Below, in pieces: positions 11,016-21,956 of a DNA stretch of 46,060 bases; position 1 is the first letter of the stretch; every line of letters starts with the position of its first letter. Both the position numbers and the translations under genes were made by a program. The notes under the pieces are model-generated. The model saw only the letters and a list, made by a program, of their open reading frames with translations. It was not told the origin of the DNA and searched no databases. Origin of the DNA: Basidioascus undulatus (lineage: Eukaryota); assembly GCA_000826855.1 (NCBI GenBank), contig JTLS01000020.1, positions 1 to 46,060 of the forward strand, written 5' to 3'.

Positions 11016-12373
11016 TCAGTTGTGGCTGTGGGCAAAGATGTCCGGGCAGCCATTCGGGAGCCCCCTGCCGCGGAGGTGGGTGATGACCTGTCCTCCAAGG
11101 TCGAGGTGGACGTAGTCCTGCTTGACGCCGTCGACGGGGTCGGGGGAAGAGACGTTGAAGACACGGTAGCCGAACCCGTTGTCGTCGAAATACTTTGCCG
11201 TGCCGGCGACGGCGTAGATGGTGAAGGCTGGGTGAGGTGAAAAGGACGGGTAGACGTCAGGTTGCAGTTGATAACTGAGGCAGGGGAAGGAGGTGCTTGA
11301 AGAGAAGAAAGTCGTGCGCACCGTTGTCGGTGGGAGCGGCGGTGAAGGTCTCGTGACGGTGACCGACGAGGATGTGGTGAATGTTGTACTTGCGGATCTG
11401 CGGATGGGAAAGCAGGTCAAAATGAGTCAGCTCGAACCGCCACCTATCCCGCCCGATTTTGAAGGAAGGAAAGCAGCAAAAGTGCGACATACCAAACCCA
11501 GCAGCCTCTGCCTCGCCGCAGTCGGCCAGTTAAAGTACTGGTCCTCCTCGTCCTCGGAGACAAGGAACGGCGGGTGATGCATAACGACAAACGTCGGTCC
11601 GGCATTGTCCCTGTGGGACGCCTTCTCGAGCTCGCCCTCGAACCAGGCCCACTGGGCGTCGTGGGACTCTGCGAGATCGGTGCGGTTCGAGATGAGGGTG
11701 ACCGAGTTGAGCATGAAGAAGCGCGAGTGCGAGTGCTGGAAGGTGTAGTAGTCGGCTTGGCTGTAGTTTGACCAGAAGGAGCGGAGGGTGTCGATGTTGC
11801 TGACATCGTGGTTGCCTAGGATGGGGTGGGGAGGAAAAGGTAGAACGTCAGACGGAATGAGTGAAAGGGGAGAAGAAAGGAGAAAGTCCGCGGTCGGTGA
11901 CCATCGCAACAAGGAAACGAGAATCCAACCCTCAGTGACCCCCTCAACTCACCAGGAACCGCATGCATCTCTACCCGGTTCTCCGCAAACTGCTTCGCCC
12001 CCTCGTGGTATCCCTGCACCTGGAGCTCGGTGCGATCGTTGGTGAGGTCTCCAGCGACGACGACAAAGGGGACGTTCCAATTGAAAGCCGACTCGTTGGC
12101 CGCCAGCTGGAAGCGGTAGGTGTCGTTTGCCGGGCCGTCGTTGCCTGCGGGGAAGGGGGACCGTGCGGTTAGGATGAGAAAGGGAAGAAGGAAGGGGGAA
12201 TGTGAGGGAGAAAAGGTGTATATACCGAATCCGATCTGCGGATCACCGAGGTGGATAAAGCTCCAAGGCTTGAAGCCGTTGTCGCCCTCGCCGTTGTGGG
12301 AACCCCAAGGCGCGGCGGATGCGCAGACGGCGGTGAGTCCGAGGAGGGCGGCGGCGGCGCTGAGTCTGGCCAT
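11016..12373 (-). CDS. Secreted calcineurin-like metallophosphoesterase (CPPED1-like), 5 exons
   Basis: Signal-peptide-like MARLSAAAALLGLTAVCASA. Motifs GDPQIG, VAGDL, PG|NHD, MHHPPF, YFNWP, GHRH. Introns 12225-12145, 11952-11816, 11492-11398 and 11321-11228 give a continuous frame to TGA at 11016. Confidence 0.88.
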
Positions 12374-12677
12374 CTTTAGCGAAAGAGGAGAGAGGGAAAG
12401 AAGCAGAGAGGATGAAGCCAGGGAAGTCGGTGGGATCTTCGCCTTCTCATCGTTTTATATTGTCTTGAGTGCGTCCCTGAAAAGTCTAGGACGGAGTTGG
12501 GCCCCTGTCTTCCAAGGCCGCGGCAGATCGACGTACACGGACATGAGGCTGGATGAATGACGAGTCTGTCCCTGACCACGGTGCATTGTAGCGGCCGACG
12601 AGTATGGTTGTAGGCGGCGAAGGACAACCCTGAGAAGGTGCGGGCAGGTTCAGCAAATGAGCAAGCGCCTGCCCGCC

Positions 12678-12701
12678 CCACGTGTTTGTCCACGTGTTTG
12701 T
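12678..12701. promoter_or_regulatory. Tandem 12-bp repeat carrying two CACGTG E-boxes (candidate Pho4-type sites)
   Basis: ccacgtgtttgt x2 about 305-330 bp upstream of the phosphoesterase ATG. TATAAA on the minus strand near 12453-12458. Confidence 0.5.
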
Positions 12702-13126
12702 CATGGTTCCGCCTAAGAGTTACCTGGATCTGAAATAGGAGCTGAGACGGAAGGGGGGAAGGTACGAAGCGGTCCTGCTTCTCCATGCCAGGTACTAGGG
12801 GTAGTCAGGGTTATCGGAGCTGGGTACCTGAAGGGTCAAGTGCGAGCTCAGAGTGGTGGAGGAGGTGGGGGAGGAGAACAGGGTCACTGAGCCGCGCACC
12901 CCGCGGCGATCTTGCTACGGGCGACGCTCAGGCAGCACTTGGAAATCTCGCAGTGCAAACACCAACGTTGAAAAGGAATGAGATTTGGAGGTGGTTCAAC
13001 TGTAGCCTTATCCGATTGTGGACATAACAACCACCACTAGCATCGACCGCCTGGAAACACCTGACAGTTCTACGCATCTTCCCCTTCCTTTCCCTCCGCC
13101 CCTCATCCTCCCCACCAACGTTCCCC

Positions 13127-13440
13127 TCACTGAACGCTCGCAACCCCACACCGATCTCTCCAATTCTCGTACTCTCGGACGATCTGCGGTGTGATGCGTC
13201 TGCGGACCACTTTGGCGGCTGATACAAAGTGTTTGCGCTTGACCTGGGAGGGGAGAGAAGAGCGGAACGAAGTTCCAGGAAAGCTTCGAGATGAGCATCG
13301 GGCGAGGGACAGATGGAGAGGAGCAAAAAGAAAAGAAGACAAACATGAGGCGCGTCGAGGTCCTCGTGCATCGCCCGCATCGCCGCGTCCTGGCAGATTG
13401 AGACGACTTCTGCGCCGCTGCAGCCCTCCGTCTGTTGCGT
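13127..13440 (-). pseudogene. AFG2: 3'-terminal fragment of an Afg2/Drg1 (SPATA5-like) AAA ATPase
   Basis: TEGCSGAEVVSICQDAAMRAMHEDLDAPH|VKRKHFVSAAKVVRRRITPQIVREYENWRDRCG* is the second-AAA lid and tail. Intron 13344-13244 retained. No Walker A/B exons upstream. Confidence 0.7.
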
Positions 13441-13838
13441 CCCGAGGCCAGATTCGTTCCCCGTCACATCAGCCATCAAGCCGGCAGGAAGAACTAAGCT
13501 TGATGTTGTGTCGGTTTTGTTGTGCCTGTTGCGGCTGCTGCGTGTGCCTCTGTCATGCATGCGTCCAGCAAGTCGTTAGGATCCTCAACCCCTGCTGCAC
13601 CTGCCTTGACGGTACGTAGCTCGTAAAGGGACGAAATGGGGCTCGTGAACTCTTGCAGGCATCCCACTACGAGCACCCCAGATGAGCAATCCGCACACTC
13701 CATTGCTTCTAACACGTAGGTCCAACAAAGATAGCAGTAGCAGAGGCGGAGACGCCAGTGTCTAAACACAACCCAGAGTACGATCAAGGAAGGAAAATTA
13801 TAGAGGCTTGTTGGACAAAGCTCAGGTAAGCCGGCATT

Positions 13839-16664
13839 CTACGCATGGCTGCGAGGCTTCCCTTCCGCATCGACCTCCTCCGGGTCCGGGGATTTTCCGT
13901 CGATCGTGATGCCCTGGCAACTTGTGCACATTGTTGAACTTGAAGTCTGTGTAGCTCGAGCTACAAATCAGAACTGCTCTTTGTTCTCGGCCTGTTGTTC
14001 GGGTAAAAAAGACGTACTCTTCATGAACAAGACGGTGATGAAGGCAATGACGGCAAGCACGATGGCCGGAATGTTCATGATCCGAACATTGTTAGAGAAA
14101 GCCGTGTCTGCCGATGAAGAAGAACTTGCGTAAGTTAAGGCCGCATTCAGTTTCAGATGAAGAGCAGCATTCTTGCCTGCTCCTCAGGACCAAGCATGCG
14201 CACAGACAACGGCGAGTCCGCGTATGTAGAGACTGAGTTCTGCAAAGGAATTGAGAATTGGGTCAAGATAAAAGTTCTCGCAGGACATAGCAGACAACAT
14301 ACGCGTTCCAAGCCGGAAACTGTTTTGCAATGTACCAGTATGGTTCAAAGAGTCCGTTACAACGAAAGCGAAAGCGACGTACTCCCAACGCTGAGGGGGC
14401 GGGGACAGTGGGACGTCATCAGCCGACGAACGCTGCGTACAACATAATTGAAGGGAACGTACACACCACCAAGTTCAGCTGCAAGAAGGATTGCGACGGT
14501 AGTTGTGGCAACGTCTGTCGGAGTCAGCTAATGCTAAGCCCAAAGCAGGCTATGATTTTTCGAACCTTGATGAGGAAGGGAGCATTAAGAAGCGACTGCG
14601 GAAGTTTCAGGTGTTGTCAGTAGTTGGATCTTCTATAATTCAGCGATCAAACTCGTACGGTGAGTTGCGATCGATGCGATACCACCACCGCACCCCTGGA
14701 TGACCTGGGTCATCAAAAGCTCGCCGGTGTTGGAGTGGCCGTTTCGGGCGTGGAATATCAAGCCGACACCCAGAATACTACGAAAAATGTCGATTAGAAG
14801 TTATTCGACCGCCGAGTCGAACGCGGACTCACCGCAAGCCGAGAGCGAAAAACAATGTCCACTTGTAGCTGAACTTCAAGCGTACAACGAAGGAAGACCA
14901 CAAGAGGCCGAAGACTGTATCAAGAAAAATCAGTCTGAGCGCCTTCAAGGAGGGATGCGCCAAGGCATGACCTTACAAGTCAAACAAAGGCTCTGTGCGT
15001 TGGTATAGTAGAGGAGATTGTCGACCTGCCAGTCGGTGGTCGCTTGAATGAAGCCGAACAGCGGGTTGTAGGTGAGATAGAAGCTTGAATGGTGAGCAGT
15101 TGTCAGCGGGGTTTTATTTTTTATTTACACATGTAGGTGAAAGAAACACGCATGAGACGAAGTCGAAGAAACCAGTGACGATTGACGCAAGGACGTTGCG
15201 GTTCTTGAGAACACGGCTCGAGATGACCGAGAACTCAGCCATCTTGATCTTCCATACGACGAAGAGCGGAAGCACGAAACGCCCGAAATCGCCATCATCG
15301 AAGGGCTGTTGAAGGGCTATTAGAAAGAGAACTTGGCATTCAGAACGGGAATGTGAGGGTACGCACATCGCCGGGTTTTGCCAGCTCAGCCCTGTGACGA
15401 CCGGGACTGCAAGAGCTCCATCAGTATAAGAGCCATAAGGCACAGTAAATGCCCCAGAACCCACCGAAATAGAAGCACCAGGAAGCTGTACGAACCGCAG
15501 ATCATCAGCTACTGTTCCTGTTGGTGAGAGAACACAAATGACTATACTCACGCAGTGAGTAGGGAAAGCCCGACAAGGTCGACCTCTACACAGAAACGTC
15601 AAGGACTTCTGTCCAGAATTGTTTCCTTGAAGGGGCTGTCCGATGATTAGGCTTTGACGGTTGGCTTTCCGCTGGACCCAAAACAGCGTGATGATCTACA
15701 ACACGTCGAACGCACGCGTTAGGCTTCTTTATGCGAGTGCGCGAGGTTGAGGATCGACGTACGATGGGAAGTAGAGCGGGCGCGAAAGCAATTGCCTGGA
15801 CAAAACTTCGTCAGAATACAATGGAGAAGCAGGGGTGATCACAAGAAAAATTGGACAAACGTAGGCGCCGCACCCCACCGCCAGCTCTTCAGATACTTGG
15901 TAATCTGGCCATTCGCCCAAAAGTTGAGGGCTACACCGTCTTGTTTCAGTGGTTGGGCAGTCACAACTTACGGCGACAGACTCACAAGTACCACAGCCTC
16001 CTGTCGAGAGACTGGAGACAAGGCCACGCCCCTTGAGAGTTGTGACGTCCGCAATGACGATCTGGAGGACGGCACCACGAGTCAGCTTGCCATCTCCAGA
16101 GGTATGAAGACCTTCACCCACCTGGAGTGCAATCCCAAGGCCGGAAGAGCCCAACATCCAGAGACACTGGCCGGGGCCGAGACTGGCAATCCCGGAGGAC
16201 GAGGCGCAGACGATGCTGAACAGCCCGCTATCAGGAAAGCCTCATCGGTGGCCACAGAGGTGGAACATAATATCGAAGGACATAGGTTTCCGAGGCAAGT
16301 TGACCCCAAGCCCAATTCGTTCCATTATCCAGGCTGTACATGTAGCTGATTGCAAGCGAATGGTGTACGACCCGTGCATCCCCGTCAGCTACGCGTTCTC
16401 CGTTCAGTTGAAGAGACGATGCACCTCGCCAGAGCGATGCCGATGAACAAGACAACCCTCGACTCCTTGAAGTCTGTGTAGTTCATGGCTTTCAGTGATC
16501 TACTCGAAAGTTAAGCCGGTGGATAAGCTCACGTACCTGTTGAAGCACCTCGACTTTGGCAGCCCCTTCCTGCATCTCCCGATCGTACGCAAGCTCGCCC
16601 ATGGGGGGGAGTATGGCGGCGGCGCTTGCGCTTTGGATTGCTTCTCCTCACTCGCGGGGCTCAT
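13839..16664 (-). pseudogene. Siderophore-iron MFS transporter (Sit1/Str/MirB family), full-length but frameshifted
   Basis: Ordered family motifs: EGAAKVEVLQ, SRVVLFIGIALA, YMYSLDNGT, GSSGLGIALQ|IVIADVTTLKGRGLVSSL, SWRWG, LSWQNPAM, RVLKNRNVLA, ILGVGLIFHARNG, TQVIQGCGGGIA, IPAIVLAVIAFITVLFMK. Frame changes in exon 1, directly after WRWG (about 15873) and in the tail. Confidence 0.8.
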
Positions 16665-16815
16665 GGCCGGAAGAGCTTGCTGAGAATGAGGGGAGAGGTG
16701 AAACGGAGAGGGCGAGGGTGGGGAAAGAAGCTAGGACTTCGCGGTCACCGTGCACATAAAAAGGGTCGAAGGGAGAGGCGAAAAATCCAATGAAGTACTA
16801 CATCTCTATATCGTC

Positions 16816-16848
16816 ATCTGATATGGCTTATCTTGATCTAGAGATCAA
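16816..16848. promoter_or_regulatory. Candidate iron-repression GATA element cluster
   Basis: ATCTGATAT at 16816-16824 fits the ATC(A/T)GATA(A/T) site of SreA/Fep1-type repressors. AGATAAG on the minus strand at 16833-16827, then a TTGATCT-AG-AGATCAA inverted repeat. Lies about 150-185 bp upstream of the siderophore transporter ATG. Confidence 0.55.
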
Positions 16849-17358
16849 CCAAACTTGGACGATCTGAGAACTCAAATTCCGATCGCCGTGGAACCTACAG
16901 AACTTGTACATATCTTGTAGTGCCAGAAAAGTACCTGAACCTTCCGGGTGCCGCCCGTCCGCATGCACTCACGACCTCTCACGATGCAGTGTAGTGCAGA
17001 AATCGAATGCATTCCCCGAGAAAGCCGAAAAGCTCAGTGCGTGCAGCTTAAAAGTCTCTATTATGGTCTGGACTCTGAAGATTCAGCGTTGGTGAGTGTA
17101 GTACCCCTTAATTGCCATGGAAAGCAGCAGGAACCGTCTCTGTTTCACTGCGCGCCGCCATACAAAATTTGTAGAGTACCTGCGTGTGAAAAAGCCACAC
17201 ATAGAGACCTTACTGTCGAGTCTTTCAACTCCCGAACAGACAGATAATTTCGCGGAACACTTCAGCACTTTCGTAGCGCAATCAACAGGGTAAGAAGATG
17301 CCTGAACGCAACAAACTGTGCATCTCCGCCTTTCCCCTCGACTTTTCTTCCCAAAATT

Positions 17359-18612
17359 TCATTGCAGGTTCACAAACATTCCTCCATCGGCCAGCAAGCT
17401 TGCACCCGACACAAACCTCGCCAGGTCGCTCGCCAAGAACATCGCAGGCCCGGCGATGTCCTCCGGCCTGCCCAGGCGGCCGAGCGGCGTGCGCTGTTCC
17501 ATGTACGCCCGCTTGGTCGGGTCGCTTAGGTCGTCGGCGTTGATAGAAGTTTCGACGGTGCCTTTTGAGACGAAAGTAAGGCGGTGTGGGTGCGTGGGAA
17601 AGGGACGCTCGGGGAGAGGGGAGAGGGGAGGGAAGACGCACCGGGCAGGACGCAGTTCGCGCGGATTCCGAATGGACCGAGAGCGACGGCTACGGACTCG
17701 ATAAGGGACTTGATACCGGCTTTGGTAGGGGTGTAGTGCCTGTTGAAAGTAGGCCCACAGCCGTCAGCGCGTGAATGAAATGTTTGCGAAGGTGCCCAAG
17801 CGGGAGAGGACGCACGTCTGGTGTGCGCCGCCGACAAGTGCTTGAACAGCTTTCTTTCAGCAAAATTTCGGGTAGTAAAGCGGAAAGCACTTGAAGAGAC
17901 ACACCTGAAATGGACGATACAGCCACGATACTCCCTCCCTTTGGCTCCTGCTTCGCCATCTGGTTCGCAACCGCTGGAGGGCGCGCGAGTTCATACAATG
18001 CTCTGATGAATATGTGTGTTTTGTATATACCAACCTTGAACAGCGTAGAAAGCTCCATTCAGATTCACGTCCTGGACCCTCTTCCAGAGCTGGTGCAAGG
18101 GTGGGGCTGTCAGCGGTGTGATGATCACCGGAAGTGAGAGAGGGGGCTAGCAAAAGGAGCGCGCACTGAATGAGGCATGTCCAAGAACGAATGAAACGGG
18201 CATATCCCGGCGTTGCTGATGAGCACGTCGATCCGCCCAAACTCCTTCACCGATACGTCCACCAGCTGTTCTCCCCACTGGAGGGCTCAGTGCCTACTCC
18301 CTTCACTCTAGCTCACATAAATAACTTGAAGCATAGACTCACCTTTTCAGCCGTCTCCGCGAATCTGATATCCCCCGGAACGAGCACCGCCCTTCTCCTC
18401 ATTCCCAGCGCCTCAATCTCGCCTTTCAGCTCCAGCGCCTCCCGCTCCGTCTCGGTGTCCCCCAGATAGTGCACAACGACGTGCGCGCCCTGCCTTGCAG
18501 ATTCGAGGGCACACGCGCGCCCGATGCCCCGGGAGGCGCCCGTTACGATGACTATCTTTGAGGGGAGGAGGTTGTACGGCGCGAAGGGGGAGGGTGGGGT
18601 GAGGTGGGACAT
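17359..18612 (-). CDS. LRA1: Short-chain dehydrogenase/reductase, L-rhamnose 1-dehydrogenase-like, 7 exons
   Basis: [33 protein letters not shown], catalytic HYTPTKAG and C-terminal DGGMFVNLQ*, typical of fungal LRA1/RHA1. The spliced frame is continuous. Confidence 0.85.
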
Positions 18613-18954
18613 GGAGAGCGCTGGCGGAGGAGTGGGTGGGTGTCGGTATGGGACGCGGGGAGAATTTCTGGGTAACTGGAGAGGGTCAAAGAGGAAGAGA
18701 AGGCTCTGGAGAGAGAGGAAGATGGAAGGAGGGGGCGAGCGGCCCGCATGGCCACGACAGGCGCAGTCGGACCGGACGCGCCGAGGACGCGCGCAAATGA
18801 CGGCGCGTGTTTAGCACGAGTGCCAGGTGACCAGATCTTTGTCGACTGTCCGCGGAGACCTACCTCTCCTTACACTGGCAATCCAAATCAAGCAGAGTAA
18901 TGGTGCGCAGAATCTGCTGGGGATCCATGTAGTTCAACTGACATTTCCATTCCA

Positions 18955-19905
18955 GTTCGGCGCCTACCCAGACGACAACGTCCCCGCAAGCGGGCTCGGC
19001 CTCATTCACCACGCAGGCCAGCTGGGCGGCGGGGTCGAGGACGGCAGGCATGCGGTTGCGTGTCCGCCTCCGAGCGCGTATGATGAGCAGTTCAGGAGTG
19101 CGGCCGAGCGAGATCGACGAGGCGCGGGAGACGATGCTGATCGACAGGCGGGCCTGCAGCGCGCTCGGTGGCACGCTTGCCGGGAATGGAGAGGCCAGAG
19201 CTGTCGTATGGCAGTCAGAGTGATTGCTCCTTCAGAAATGGCTCTGCTTTGGGATTAGCGCTTATTGAGAGTCCTTGATAGTCATCCTGCCCCCTTCCGC
19301 GCTCGCCAAGCTCAGTGCGTCCCTCCGTACCCCTTCATAGTCTGTCTCCCTCAGCTCACACGTCATTTTCTGACTATAGCGTCGCTTGAAACCGAGTCGC
19401 CTTGGGTTCTCGCGCTTACGGCGGGCGGCGCTAAGACGCGGGTGTGCTCGCGTTTGACGCGGAGGAGGGACAGGTGCACTTGCCGCCATGGGTACGTCCC
19501 TCGCGTTTCTGTTTCACATTCCATATCGGGCGCGGGGATCTGATCGCTTTTGATGCGGAGGGAACAGATGATGCCCACTGTGGGACTCGGAGAAGGCGAC
19601 CCGATCCGAATCAAGGGGTCCCCCTGCCCAAGGGCAAGCTGGTCAAGCTGCACGCGCAGACGGGACTGCCTGGAGATCTCGGGCTACGAGGGAGTGTACG
19701 TTGACTCCTTTTATCTGCGCTTGCTCGATGGGCTCCATCGGGCTTATTGCAGTGCGGGTCGGCTCGTAAACAGGCTCGAGGACGCCATGCGTAACTTCTC
19801 TACGCTTACCAGGGGCGACATCATCGAGATCCTGCACTGCCCCGTCACGTAAGAGATCTTCGTCGTGGACATCTAGCCAGACGGTGACCGGACCTCCGTC
19901 TCCCG
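18955..19905 (+). pseudogene. UFD1: Decayed N-terminal (UT3) part of ubiquitin fusion degradation protein UFD1
   Basis: Ordered motifs PPPSAYDEQFR, LPGMERPELSYG, VILPPSALAKL, ETESPW, VLAFDAEEGQVHLPPW|MMPTVGLGEGDPIRIKG, LPKGKLVKLHAQ, LEDAMRNFSTLTRGDIIEI. Frameshifts and stops present, introns retained, C-terminal half absent. Confidence 0.8.
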
Positions 19906-21561
19906 TGACACCCTCGCTGCCTACCTCCTCAATGAACCCTCACGCGGCATTCCGACGGCCTACGAGATCGTCAACGGTATACTCCCGGGTCCGACAGCCA
20001 GCGTCAACTTCAACGAGGAGCGCGCGCTCCTGATGGAGGCGCAGGAATATGTGGCCCGGCTAAAGGCGAGGCTGGCGGAAATCCGGCGGGCTGTTGACGG
20101 CGGAGTCGAGCAGGCGCATCGGATCCCTATCGATCGCTTGGTTGCACTTTATACCGACATACAGCATGCGAGGCGTACCGCAGATAGATATGTTCATCAA
20201 CAGTGTTGATGCCGATGAGGTGTAGAGAGAGTGCGAGGAAGACAATTGATCTGACGAGCTCGTTCGCTTTGAGGCGGAGTGCCGTACTCCGGGATAAAGA
20301 CGCACAAAAGCCAGCGGCAGGCATCCCGCCTGTATTTGACTCACCGTGTGCTTCAACCACGAAAACTGTATCCAGGAGAATGAGTGTGTAGCGACCGGTG
20401 GGGAGTGAGCGGGATCTCAAACCGCCTGTTACCACAGTTACATGCAGACGGTAGTGCTGCCGACAGGCGCTGTGGCCGCTCCTGGAAAGCTTTCCCGAGG
20501 AATGCTTATAATATTCAAGTGTTGGCTCAAGCAAAAGTACTATCCACTCGTCATGACTAAATGCCTTGAAGACCGGATACGTGGGGCGCTTCAGGAACTG
20601 CGGACGTCCCTTCGCGAGGATGCCACTTGATCATTCACATCTCGTGATACAATGTAGACCAGTGTATACCTATGAGGCTTTTTTGTTTATAGTGTACATT
20701 TCAATAGCTTGCAGATGAGCAACGCTGTCACATTGGCAACTCCGCCGACCGGCTCAAACAATCAGCTGTACGAGAAGCAAAAAACATCATTCTTCAGTAA
20801 AAGCGGATATGGACTGTAATTCTTCCGTCAGTCGTTGCACTTTCGGCACACCGCTCGACGGCCACCGCTCCCAGCTCACCAACGGAGGTATATGTCGCCG
20901 TGCTATCCACAGGTGCAGGTGTTATGCAACGTCATTGAAATTTCGCGGGCTGTCACTAACTGCAGGCTAGTCAATTTAGCGTCCGGTTCAATAGCGTCGA
21001 GGACGATATCTACAACTCCTTCTCATGGCAGCCTCCGCTTCGTTCCACCTATCTACGCTCCTATTCATCTTCCCAATACAACGAAGCCTTCAGCAGACTG
21101 TAAGAAGTAGCTGCACCAAGTTGCACAGCCCCAGGTTGCGAGAAGGTGAAATGGGTGAGTTTGGCAACAACGGCCGCGGGGCGGGACGTTTCGGCTGGGG
21201 GAGGCGCTCAGTGAGCGGGGATTCCCGATCTACGCCGCGGAGCGGAAGTACAATGTCGGACTGAACCTGTCAGACACTTGACACTCCTCTAGCGCGTGCA
21301 AAAGTTGCTGTCTTCCATGTCTATCGCCCTCGCAGCTTCGGCTTTGAGAGGAGGTTGATTATGCGGCGTTCTTTGCAGTGTGATGAGCTATCGGCCTTCT
21401 TCACCACTCCCAAGCCTGCTTTTGATCGCGCACAAGAGAGCAAGGAGGCAAAAAAGAGGAGGCCAAGCTTGGCTGCAGAAAATTGTCGTGCGAACTAGGC
21501 TGTCATCGCTGAGCAAGTTTGGATCAGAAATTGTCAGGGGCAGGCCGAGCCTCGAGTGTTG

Positions 21562-21610
21562 TTATCTCTGTGGCTTTTGTCGAGCCAATCACCGCGCGTG
21601 TCGCTTATCG
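21562..21610. promoter_or_regulatory. Possible AreA/Nit2 GATA sites upstream of the ammonium transporter
   Basis: AGATAA (minus, 21567-21562) and CGATAA (minus, 21610-21605) with a CCAAT between them, about 350-400 bp upstream of the ATG. Short motifs, so chance occurrence is possible. Confidence 0.3.
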
Positions 21611-21956
21611 CGGCGCTTTGCCGCACTCGCTCATGTCCTCGATGCGGGGGTGGGACAAGAGGAAGAAGAGATCAAGCAGGAGTCGGTGCTGGGCTTGTCT
21701 AAATTGTTGGTTTTCTTGACTCTGTACGCCAGCTTAGCACATCCAGGCTTGACCCAGTCACTCCTTCCTTGCTCATCCGACACCCATCTCCTCCTAGCGA
21801 CTCCTTCACCGACCGTCGTCCTCCCAAGCGGCGCGCACACGACCCGTCCCTCCTCCCCATCCCACCCTCCGCCTCCTCCCCTCCGCCACCTACACATTCC
21901 CCCCTCACCCCCCATTCGACCACCTACTGCGCGCTTCGTGGGGAAAAGCTCCGACC

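Noticed and set aside
13020..13060. Helitron 3' end (CTAG-T on the minus strand) beside the AFG2 fragment
   Set aside because: No GC-rich hairpin precedes the CTAG, and the tetramer alone is uninformative.
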